Source of the DNA: Fonticula alba ATCC 38817
Lineage: Eukaryota > Protista > Nucleariida
Length of the DNA: 17,494 nucleotides
Reading direction: 5' to 3' (one strand)
Assembly: GCA_000388065.2 (NCBI GenBank)
Contig: KB932207.1
The position numbers were made by a program, and so were the translations under genes. This document shows, piece after piece, positions 9,414 to 17,494 of this stretch (the stretch's first letter is position 1; every line of letters begins with the position of its first letter). The notes below the pieces were generated by a model. The model saw only the letters and a program-made list of their open reading frames with translations. It made no database searches and was not told the origin of the DNA.

Positions 9414-9945
9414 NNNNNNNNNNNNNNNNNNNNNNNNNNNNNNNNNNNNNNNNNNNNNNNNNNNNNNNNNNNNNNNNNNNNNNNNNNNNNNNNNNNNNNN
9501 NNNNNNNNNNNNNNNNNNNNNNNNNNNNNNNNNNNNNNNNNNNNNNNNNNNNNNNNNNNNNNNNNNNNNNNNNNNNNNNNNNNNNNNNNNNNNNNNNNNN
9601 NNNNNNNNNNNNNNNNNNNNNNNNNNNNNNNNNNNNNNNNNNNNNNNNNNNNNNNNNNNNNNNNNNNNNNNNNNNNNNNNNNNNNNNNNNNNNNNNNNNN
9701 NNNNNNNNNNNNNNNNNNNNNNNNNNNNNNNNNNNNNNNNNNNNNNNNNNNNNNNNNNNNNNNNNNNNNNNNNNNNNNNNNNNNNNNNNNNNNNNNNNNN
9801 NNNNNNNNNNNNNNNNNNNNNNNNNNNNNNNNNNNNNNNNNNNNNNNNNNNNNNNNNNNNNNNNNNNNNNNNNNNNNNNNNNNNNNNNNNNNNNNNNNNN
9901 NNNNNNNNNNNNNNNNNNNNNNNNNNNNNNNNNNNNNNNNNNNNN
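9414..9945. other. Assembly gap (about 532 N)
   Basis: N run after a G-rich tract. Confidence 0.97.
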
Positions 9946-10742
9946 GCGGCCGCAAGGCACACCCTTGGTTCGTGATGCCCGGGCCGCGCCGGCCCACGGC
10001 GGTGGTCGCGACTCGACCTTGCACCTCGCCCAAAGCGCCTGCCCCCTTCGCCCCTGGGCCAGGGCGCTGCCCGGCAGCCGCAGTAGCAGGGGCCAGACGC
10101 CGGGGCGCTGGCGGCTCAACCACACGATAGTAGCCATGGGCGAGGGGGGGGGGGGGGAGGACCGGGCACCCAGGCCGGGCCGGGGTGGCTGGCTGGCTGG
10201 CTGGCCAGGCCGATACATCGGGCCGGGTGCCGACCCGCCGGCCATGTTACAGGGCCGAGCGAGCGAGTGAGCGAACGCGTGCATGTATGTATGTGGATGC
10301 CCCCCCCCCCCCCCCCTGCCTTGCCAGCGAATGGCCCACCGGCGAACACGCTGGCCGTGTGCCCTGCCACCGCGCGCATCCCGAGCCCCTCCCGCCGCCG
10401 GGTGCCGAGAGGGGGCCCAGTCATCCCGGCGCCCGTGCACGCACCGGTGCCTCGGCGCCCCCCCCCCCTCTCGCCTTGCCCGGCCCATGCGCGGCGAAAA
10501 TCAGCCGCGGGCGCGAGATTAAGGGGGTGCTGGTTTGGAATTTACCCGGGCCCTTTCGGCCCGGGGCTCGGGCGCGCCGGCGCATTCGTCGGCCTGCCGA
10601 GGGCCCAAGGCGGGCAAGGGGGGCACGACCAGCTGAACCGGGCGCCTGTGCGCGGCCGGGCGCCGGCTCGCGCCTCGCGGCAGGCGCGTCTTTCCACACG
10701 GGGACGCATACCACCGGCCTCAATGGAGCACAAGACCCAGCC

Positions 10743-10767
10743 GGGGGGGGGGGGGGGGCAATGGGGG

Positions 10768-10802
<35 letters not shown>

Positions 10803-10831
10803 GGGGGGGCGGGGGGGGGGGGGGGGGGGGG
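10743..10831 (+). repeat. Interrupted poly-G tract (G-quadruplex-prone)
   Basis: About 89 nt almost entirely G, with short CAAT, A and C interruptions. Confidence 0.9.
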
Positions 10832-11499
10832 CAAGCCCTTCCGGGCCTCAACAGCGCCTGCCAGCAGGCCCATCCCCTCCGGCCGGGGCGGACGTGTGGC
10901 CAGCGACCGCCCCGAGGGCAGGGCCACCCATCGCCCGGGACCGGCGGCCCGGCGCCGGCGGTTGCTCCCCTGCCCCCGGGCCTCCCAGCTGGATCGAGCC
11001 CTGCCGGGAGCCGCGGCGATCCGACCGGGCAACTGCATGCACCATCTCCGGTTGTACCCGCTCCCCGACCCATGATGCCCGCATGACCCGGAGGGGGCGC
11101 TCGCGCATGCATCTGCACGCACGCACACACATATGCACATGGACCCCCCCCCCCCCCCAGGCCTTGCGGACAGATGGGTCCGGCGCCGTCTGAAACCAGG
11201 GGCCGGGGGAAGTCTGCCTGGCATGCCGCGAGCCTGCCTCGGCGGGCAAATTGCGTCCTCCGCGCCCCCCCCCCCTCCCCGCCCATCCTCTTGCTGTTCG
11301 AGGCCGATCCCTCTTGCTCCAGGGCTCAGATCAGCCTCCGGCGACCGGCAAGGTGCGAGCAACCGGGGGAGCCCCTCGGCGCGAGGGCCGGTCCCCAGCC
11401 CAGGGAGGAGATGGAGAAAAAGCCGCTGCGGCATCCCGCCCCCTGCCCTCACCGGGATTGCCGCAGGTCGCCGCCCCTCCGCCCCCCCCCCCTGCCCAT

Positions 11500-11508
11500 G
11501 GCCAATGG
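11500..11508 (+). promoter_or_regulatory. CCAAT box (NF-Y type) of the CYP4 promoter
   Basis: GGCCAATGG fits RRCCAATSR, about 80 nt upstream of the TATA box. A CCGCCC GC-box lies at 11471-11476. Confidence 0.45.
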
Positions 11509-11581
11509 CCGGGGCCCCCTGCTTGGGTGCGCCGAGCGCGGCACCGCCGTGTCCGCACGGGCCCGTGCCGCCCGGGAGCAC

Positions 11582-11590
11582 TATATAAAA
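11582..11590 (+). promoter_or_regulatory. TATA box of the CYP4 gene
   Basis: TATATAAAA matches TATAWAWR in an otherwise very GC-rich context, upstream of and co-oriented with the P450. Confidence 0.7.
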
Positions 11591-11601
11591 GCCGCCCGGC
11601 C

Positions 11602-11970
11602 NNNNNNNNNNNNNNNNNNNNNNNNNNNNNNNNNNNNNNNNNNNNNNNNNNNNNNNNNNNNNNNNNNNNNNNNNNNNNNNNNNNNNNNNNNNNNNNNNNN
11701 NNNNNNNNNNNNNNNNNNNNNNNNNNNNNNNNNNNNNNNNNNNNNNNNNNNNNNNNNNNNNNNNNNNNNNNNNNNNNNNNNNNNNNNNNNNNNNNNNNNN
11801 NNNNNNNNNNNNNNNNNNNNNNNNNNNNNNNNNNNNNNNNNNNNNNNNNNNNNNNNNNNNNNNNNNNNNNNNNNNNNNNNNNNNNNNNNNNNNNNNNNNN
11901 NNNNNNNNNNNNNNNNNNNNNNNNNNNNNNNNNNNNNNNNNNNNNNNNNNNNNNNNNNNNNNNNNNNNNN
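11602..11970. other. Assembly gap (369 N), likely containing the CYP4 TSS and 5' UTR exon
   Basis: N run starting 12 nt after the TATA box. Confidence 0.9.
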
Positions 11971-12036
11971 CCGCCCCCCCCCCCTCTCCCCTGCTGTAAG
12001 GGTCCCGCCCGCTGCCGCCCCCCGCACACACCAGGC

Positions 12037-14272
12037 ATGTCCCTCCTCGCCAACCTCCCGACGGCCGAGAGCCTGGGAGCCATGACCGCGGCCACCGCGT
12101 CGACCCTGGTGGCTGGGCTCACCCCCACCAAGCTGGCAGTCACCGCCGTCATTCTCATTTGCACCTCGCTCGTGGTCATGGTGGGCAATGTCTACTACGA
12201 GGCCCATAAGGTGCGTGTTTGGGCATACGGCTGCACTTTGCCTCGCCCGCAGGCCGAGGCGCTCGCACCTCCCGCTCCCCACTCATGTCCCCCGCCCCCG
12301 CTTTGTTGGACACGCACCAAACAGAAATTCCAAGTGATCGACAACATGCACCAGCCAAAGCGCTGGTACCCGATCTTCGGCCACTCGCTGGACGTGCCGC
12401 TGGACAAGTCCAAGCGCGAGGAGTACTTCACCAACCTGACGGTCCGCGCGCCGGAGGGGCTGAGCTCCTTCTGGCTCGGGCCCATCGGTACGGTGTTCCT
12501 CCACTCGCCGGAGCACATCAAGACCATCCTTGGTACGTGGACGGCCTGGCGCGCGCGCGCGCGCGCCGCCCCTGCCGGTGGCCCCCTTTCCGGGNNNNNN
12601 NNNNNNNNNNNNNNNNNNNNNNNNNNNNNNNNNNNNNNNNNNNNNNNNNNNNNNNNNNNNNNNNNNNNNNNNNNNNNNNNNNNNNNNNNNNNNNNNNNNN
12701 NNNNNNNNNNNNNNNNNNNNNNNNNNNNNNNNNNNNNNNNNNNNNNNNNNNNNNNNNNNNNNNNNNNNNNNNNNNNNNNNNNNNNNNNNNNNNNNNNNNN
12801 CCCCCCCCCCCCCCCCCCCCGCCACAGGCAGCACCAGCGCCCACACCAAGAAGGGCTGGATGTACAACATGGTGAGCCCCTGGCTCGGCGGGGGCCTGCT
12901 CCTGTCGCACGGGAAGGAGTGGACCGAGCACCGGGAGCTGATCACCCCCTCCTTCAAGAGCGCCAACCTGGAAGCCCTGCTGGACATCATGGACGCCCAG
13001 GCCCGGGTGCTGGTGGCCAAGATCAAGGAAATCATCGCCGCCAGCCCGCCCGGGCACAACTTCAATGTGTACAACAACATTGTCACCTGCGCCTTGGACA
13101 TCATTTGCGAAACGGCCATGGGCATCGACCTGAAGTCGCAGAACTCCCACGAGCATGATGCCTACATCGAGGCCATCAAGTTCATGACCGGCATGCTGCT
13201 GAAGCGGGCCTTCTCGCCGCTGCTGCGCAATGACCTGCTCTTCTCCCTCTCCCGGCATGGGGCCCAATTCCGCCACCACTTGAAGGTCCTGCACGGGATG
13301 ACCAGCCGGGTGATGCGCGCGCGCCGGCGCCTGCTGCAGGAAACCCCGGCGCTGGCCATGGCCGCCGGATTCCGCATCAGCGACCCGGGGCCCACGACGC
13401 CGGTTCATGGCCCGACCGGGGGCCAGGGCACCGGCACCGCCGGGCGTCCGGCCACCAGCCCGGACCTCGGCCACATGGACTCCGGCGACGAGGACCTGGG
13501 CATCACCTGGAAGGATGAGGCCCGCCTGCGGCCGGTGTTCCTGGACCACATGCTGGCGGCCCAGGCCACCCGGCGCGGCGACCCGGCCGCCAAGCAGATC
13601 ACCGACGAGGACATCATGCGCGAGGTGGACACCTTCATGTTCGCCGGGCACGACACCATGTCCACCTTCCTCGGGTGGGCCACCTACTGCGCGGCCCAGT
13701 ACCCGGCCCAGTCGGCGGCCGCCATCCAGGAGCTCGGGGACTTCGCCACGCGCTTCGGCCTGCTGGACCACCCGCTGAAGAGCTCGACCGAGCGCATCGA
13801 CGTGCCGGTGCGGTACACCACGCGCGATCTCCTGCGCGGCCTGCCGCACACCGACAGCTTCGTGCAGGAGGTCATGCGCATGTATCCCAGCGTGCCGCAG
13901 CTGGGCCGCGAGGTGACCGAGCCGGTGCAGCTCGGTGCCCACACCCTGCCGGTCGGCACCCAGGTGGTCATCCACGTGTGGGCCCTCCACCGGAGCCCCA
14001 AGGTGTGGGGCCCGACCAGCCACCAGTTCGACCCCTCGCGCTTCGACGACTTCAAGGCCACCAGCAGTCGCATGTACGACTTCATTCCCTTCTCGCGCGG
14101 CGTGCGCAACTGCATCGGCAGCACCTTCGCCTCCATCGAGCAGCGCGTCCTCCTGGCCCACTTGCTGTCCAACTTCACCTTCACCAGCGCCCGCAAGGTG
14201 AGCGCCTTCCCGGAGGTTGTCCTGCGCCCGGTGGAGAACATCGAGCTTTCGGCCACCTTCCGCCACCAGTGA
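12037..14272 (+). CDS. CYP4: Cytochrome P450, CYP4 clan (CYP4V/CYP4C-like), microsomal type; join(12037..12210,12325..12532,12828..14272), 608 aa
   Basis: Motifs present: N-terminal TM anchor LAVTAVILICTSLVVMVGNVYY, hinge PKRWYPIFGH, WLGGGLLLSHGKEW, CALDIICETAMG, I-helix EVDTFMFAGHDT, K-helix EVMR, FDPSRF and heme motif FSRGVRNCIG (Cys 14111-14113). Introns are GT-AG (AAG|gtgcgt...acag|AAA; G|gtacgt...cacag|GC), and the exons sum to 1827 nt in frame to TGA 14270-14272. Symbol is family-level. Confidence 0.96.
12211..12324 (+). other. CYP4 coding intron 1 (114 nt, phase 0)
   Basis: Donor GTGCGT, C-rich tract, acceptor ACAG; separates the TM anchor from the hinge and catalytic domain. Confidence 0.8.
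12533..12827 (+). other. CYP4 coding intron 2 (phase 1, contains gap 12595-12800)
   Basis: Donor GTACGT, C20 tract, acceptor CACAG; removal is needed to join frames (KTILG|STSAHTKKGW). Confidence 0.92.
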
Positions 14273-15192
14273 GCGTGCGTCCCGCCGCCCGGGCCGGAGG
14301 CCAGGCAGGGGGGGGGGCCGGGCACAGGGATGGGAGCCCGCAGTCCAGGCGCCCGGGCCCCGTGCGCCGGCCTCCCCCCTCTCCCGGTCTTCCCCGCACC
14401 TCGCCGATGGGCGTCATGGGGCTGGGGGTGCGCATCTGCCTGCGCGTGTGCCGCCTCTCAGACGAAGCATGCGCCTGCACGCGTGCCGTCCTCATCGGCC
14501 TCCTCCTCGCCGCCCTGGCTTCTGGGCGCTGCCGCGCGGGCGTCGCTCGCGGCAAGGCGTCGCAGATGCGCGCAGGTGCCCCTCCGTGCCCAGTCCCGGC
14601 GGGGGTGCCCAGCACACGCCCGTGTCCCACCCTCCCGCTCCTCCCTCCTTCCCCCCGCTCCTCCTCCTCCGCCCCCCCAGACGGACCATGTCGTGGTGCA
14701 TGGCCTGTTGCCTCCACCTCGTCTGCCTCCGCGCCCTCCCTCTTGTTGTGATACTACTTGCGCTTGGCCGCCCGCACAGGCGGCAATCTGTTACCAGTTT
14801 CCCCAACGGTTGCCCAACTTGTGCGAGTGCGCTGTCATGCGCATCGTCGGCCGTCCTCCCCCGCGCCCGCGCGCCCCCTCTCGGCCGCCTTATCCCCCCC
14901 GAAATACAAACAGTTAACGTGTAGCGACACATGGGCTTGCATTGGCGCGCGCACATGCCCACACCTGGGCACGGCCGCGGGACTGGCGTGTGTGTGCCGA
15001 TGCGGGGAGGATATGCAATCAGACATGTAAAGATACATATATAGGTATAAGCATACAGTCACGGCCGCGGGCGAGGATTGGGGAACTCCCCCCCCCCCCC
15101 TGCCGGTACGGCACTAGGGCCCGGCGGGCTGGCGCTTTCCCCTGCCAGCCCGAGCCGCAGCCATGACACCCGGAAGTGGACATGCTGCTGTC

Positions 15193-15222
15193 GCCGCCGC
15201 CGCCGCCGCCGCCGCCACCGCC
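15193..15222. repeat. (GCC)8 trinucleotide repeat
   Basis: Eight exact GCC units followed by ACCGCC. Confidence 0.9.
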
Positions 15223-15742
15223 TCCGGACACACTGCGCACACATACATACAGCACACGAAAGACTTGCTCTCATCTATGTGGTGGTATATTTGTGTCAGC
15301 GCGCAAATGCGAGCGGGCACATGGGCGCCGTTCTCCCTCGTCCCACCCCTGTCTTGAGATGCTGGCTGGCGCCAGCCCGGGCAGAGGCCAGGCCAAGGCA
15401 ACGGGCATGCTGGCCCGTGGGTGGTGTTCGGAGGGGGAGGGGGGGGGGGGCAAGGGACGAGGCTCAGCCACACAGGGTGGCCAAGAGGAGGGGCAGCGGA
15501 GAAGCACACAAGGACACACAAGGGCAGGACACCGTCACAGGTGAGGGGGGGGGGGGGGATCTGTCGCGCATCTCATTCTCGCCGTTCTCCCCGCCTATCG
15601 CCATGCTGCCACTCTGCCTCAGGGGGCCGGGGCCAGGGAGCGGCAGGACTCCGGGGCTCGGCGGAGCTAGGCAGATGTGAAGCGAAAGGGAGGACGGCGG
15701 GGCGAGAGGAGCAGAAACATCACACCATGTCCGAGGCCTGGG

Positions 15743-15744
<2 letters not shown>

Positions 15745-15774
<30 letters not shown>
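15745..15774. repeat. (GT)15 microsatellite
   Basis: Read directly. Confidence 0.95.
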
Positions 15775-15775
<1 letters not shown>

Positions 15776-15901
15776 GATGGAGGGGGGGGGGAGGGGACGG
15801 CACCAGTGTCCGCACGCGGGCGGACGCAGAGTACATACACACACACACACACACGCACACGTCTACGCGGACAGGCAACGAAAGTGCATGCACCCACGCG
15901 A

Positions 15902-17446
15902 CTAGAACTCCCCGAGGTCGTGCTTGGTCCGGCGCTGGGTGGCGATGTCGCGCGCACGCTGGCGAGCATCATCCTCACGCACCAGCTGCAGGGTGCGCTT
16001 GTCCATGAACATCCGGTCGATCTCCTCCTCCGTCAGGCCGACCACCAGGCGATCGACCACCGGCCCAAGGCCAAAGAGCCCGCGCACGGCCACATTGAAG
16101 CGGACCTGGAAGTCCAGCGCCTGCCCCGGGAAGATATCCTGCATGTAGGGCTCCCGGCAGCGGGCCCGCGACGAGGACAGCAAGTACGGCAGCGGGGCCA
16201 TGTCGGCCTGGCCACTGCCGAGATTCACCTCCTCCGGCTCGAACTCCTCCATGCGCAGGGCATCCAGCAGGTCGGCAAAGGCCCGGTAGGAGCTGGCCAA
16301 TTGCTGCTGGCTCTGGTGCCGCGAGTGCGTCAGCGCCTGCAATGTGGCCACCAGCGGCGGCAGATGCTCCAGCAGGCCCGGGCCAAAGCGCCCGGTCAGG
16401 TGGTTGGCCTCCGGGGTGCCGGCCACCAGGGCCACCAGCCCCAGGGCGGCGGCGGACTTCAGGTCCAGCTGCTGCTGCTCCTCCGCCTCCAGCAGGGTGG
16501 CCGCCAGGATGGGAACGAGCCCCGGGGCCAGCGGCCGCAAAACGCGGCCCCCAGCCGGGTGGAAGGACCCGGCAAAGGCCAGAGCCTGGAGGACGGCCAC
16601 GCGCACGGCCGGCCGCGCGGCCGACTTACCGGGCAGCAGCCACTCCCCGCTGGGCCCGGCGCCGGATGACAAGGCGTCGGCCTCATCGTCGCCGCTGTCG
16701 ATCATGTCCACGGTGGCATCGAGCCCGGCCGCGTCGGCCGCGGTGCTGACCGCCTGCACCAGCTGCCGCAAGAGGACCACCAGCTGGTCGCTGTCCTCGG
16801 ACATGAACACCGTGGCCAGGGTCAGGGCCTGGAGCCCGGCCACGGCGGCCGCCTCCGACAGGTCCGCCTGCTGCAGGATCCCGGTCAGGAAGCTCTGCAG
16901 GTATTGGAAGATCTCGTCATTCATGGTGCCAAGCCCGACGGCAAAGGCGGACACCGCGCGCAGCCCGGTGGCCATCTCGCTCTTGGACAGCCGCCGGATG
17001 GCCGCCTGCAGCTCGGTGACCACGGTCAGCGGGGACTTCTGCAGCAGGTGCCCCGGCTCCAGGGAGAAGTGCACGAGGTCGATGAACTCGCGCAGGCCGT
17101 TCAGGCGGAGCCCGGCCCTGTGCGAACGGGGGCAAGGCCGTTGCCACGAGGCGAGCAGCGGCGTGGGAGTGGGGCGGGGGGGCGGGGGCGGGAGCGGGGA
17201 GGGTCAATTGCCAGAGCATAGACGCGTCCAGGGGGGAGGACGATGAGGGCGAGGAGGAGGAGGAGGAAGATGAGCCAGAGCGAGGGGAGACCGAACACAA
17301 GGAGGCCGGGCGGCGCACTTCTTGTGGGAGATGTTGTTCAGGGCGTTGTGGAAGCGGTCCTGCTCCCACTCCTGAACGGCTTCAATGCCGCCGGATTTGG
17401 CCAGCTTCAGGGCGGCCGCGGCGATGGGGTGATTCTCAGAGGACAT
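15902..17446 (-). CDS. IFRD: Interferon-related developmental regulator (IFRD) family protein; complement(join(15902..17117,17319..17446)), about 447 aa
   Basis: HEAT/ARM-like helical body plus IFRD C-terminal signatures: RAFADLLDALRMEEFEPEEVNLG, NVAVRGLFGLGP (human IFRD2 recalled as NELLRDIFGLGP) and basic tail RQRARDIATQRRTK. The N-terminal WEQDRFHNALNNISHKK|AGLRLNGLREFI aligns with the first IFRD helices. TAG at 15904-15902. The frame is open from the window edge to Met 17446, so an upstream start is possible. Symbol is family-level. Confidence 0.85.
17118..17318 (-). other. IFRD intron (201 nt, phase 2)
   Basis: Donor AA|GTGCGC at 17318, TTGAC branch-like site with an in-frame TGA at 17206-17204, C-rich tract, acceptor TTCGCACAG|G at 17118; splicing restores the frame. 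Confidence 0.85.
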
Positions 17447-17494
17447 AACGGGCGAGCGGGCGGCGGCAATCGGGGCGGCTGCGATGCGGGGCGA

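Noticed and set aside
13325-13537. Idea that the P450 G-H insertion is an unspliced in-frame intron
   Set aside because: No GTRCGY-like donor or C/CA-rich acceptor, and it lacks the homopolymer runs of the real introns.
12518-14266. 582-aa antisense ORF opposite the P450
   Set aside because: Typical shadow ORF from strong GC3 codon bias; no recognisable domain.
15677-16669. 330-aa plus-strand ORF opposite IFRD
   Set aside because: Shadow ORF of the GC3-biased IFRD exon.
17101-17298. 65-aa ORF with a signal-peptide-like start (MFGLPSLWLIFLLLLLALIVL) in the IFRD intron
   Set aside because: The Leu run is a (TCC)n repeat in the intron's pyrimidine tract; it has a non-ATG start and no other support.
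1-17494. Mobile elements, CRISPR arrays, rRNA or tRNA genes
   Set aside because: No transposase/RT motifs, terminal repeats, repeat-spacer arrays or rRNA/tRNA signatures were seen in the non-gap sequence.

Overview
Eukaryotic, very GC-rich draft-assembly window with six N gaps (most bordered by G/C runs), many microsatellites and short GT-AG introns. The composition suggests a protist-like genome, but the taxon cannot be determined from the sequence. Three protein genes are supported: (1) the terminal exon of a Spinster-family MFS lipid transporter (+, 3032-3476); (2) a three-exon CYP4-clan cytochrome P450 (+, 12037-14272, 608 aa) with a TATA/CCAAT/GC-box promoter; (3) a two-exon IFRD-family protein (-, 17446-15902, about 447 aa), convergent with the P450. 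About 8 kb between Spinster and the P450 has no recognisable gene but holds two homotypic motif clusters (CATAT and kappaB-like) and a perfect 20-bp palindrome. The most notable protein features are the P450's long G-H loop insertion, reminiscent of insect CYP4G, its Ala at the CYP4 heme-linking Glu position, and a Gln-rich replacement of the basic IFRD motif. No RNA genes, mobile elements or CRISPR arrays are supported. Family comparisons rely on recalled reference sequences and need alignment to confirm.
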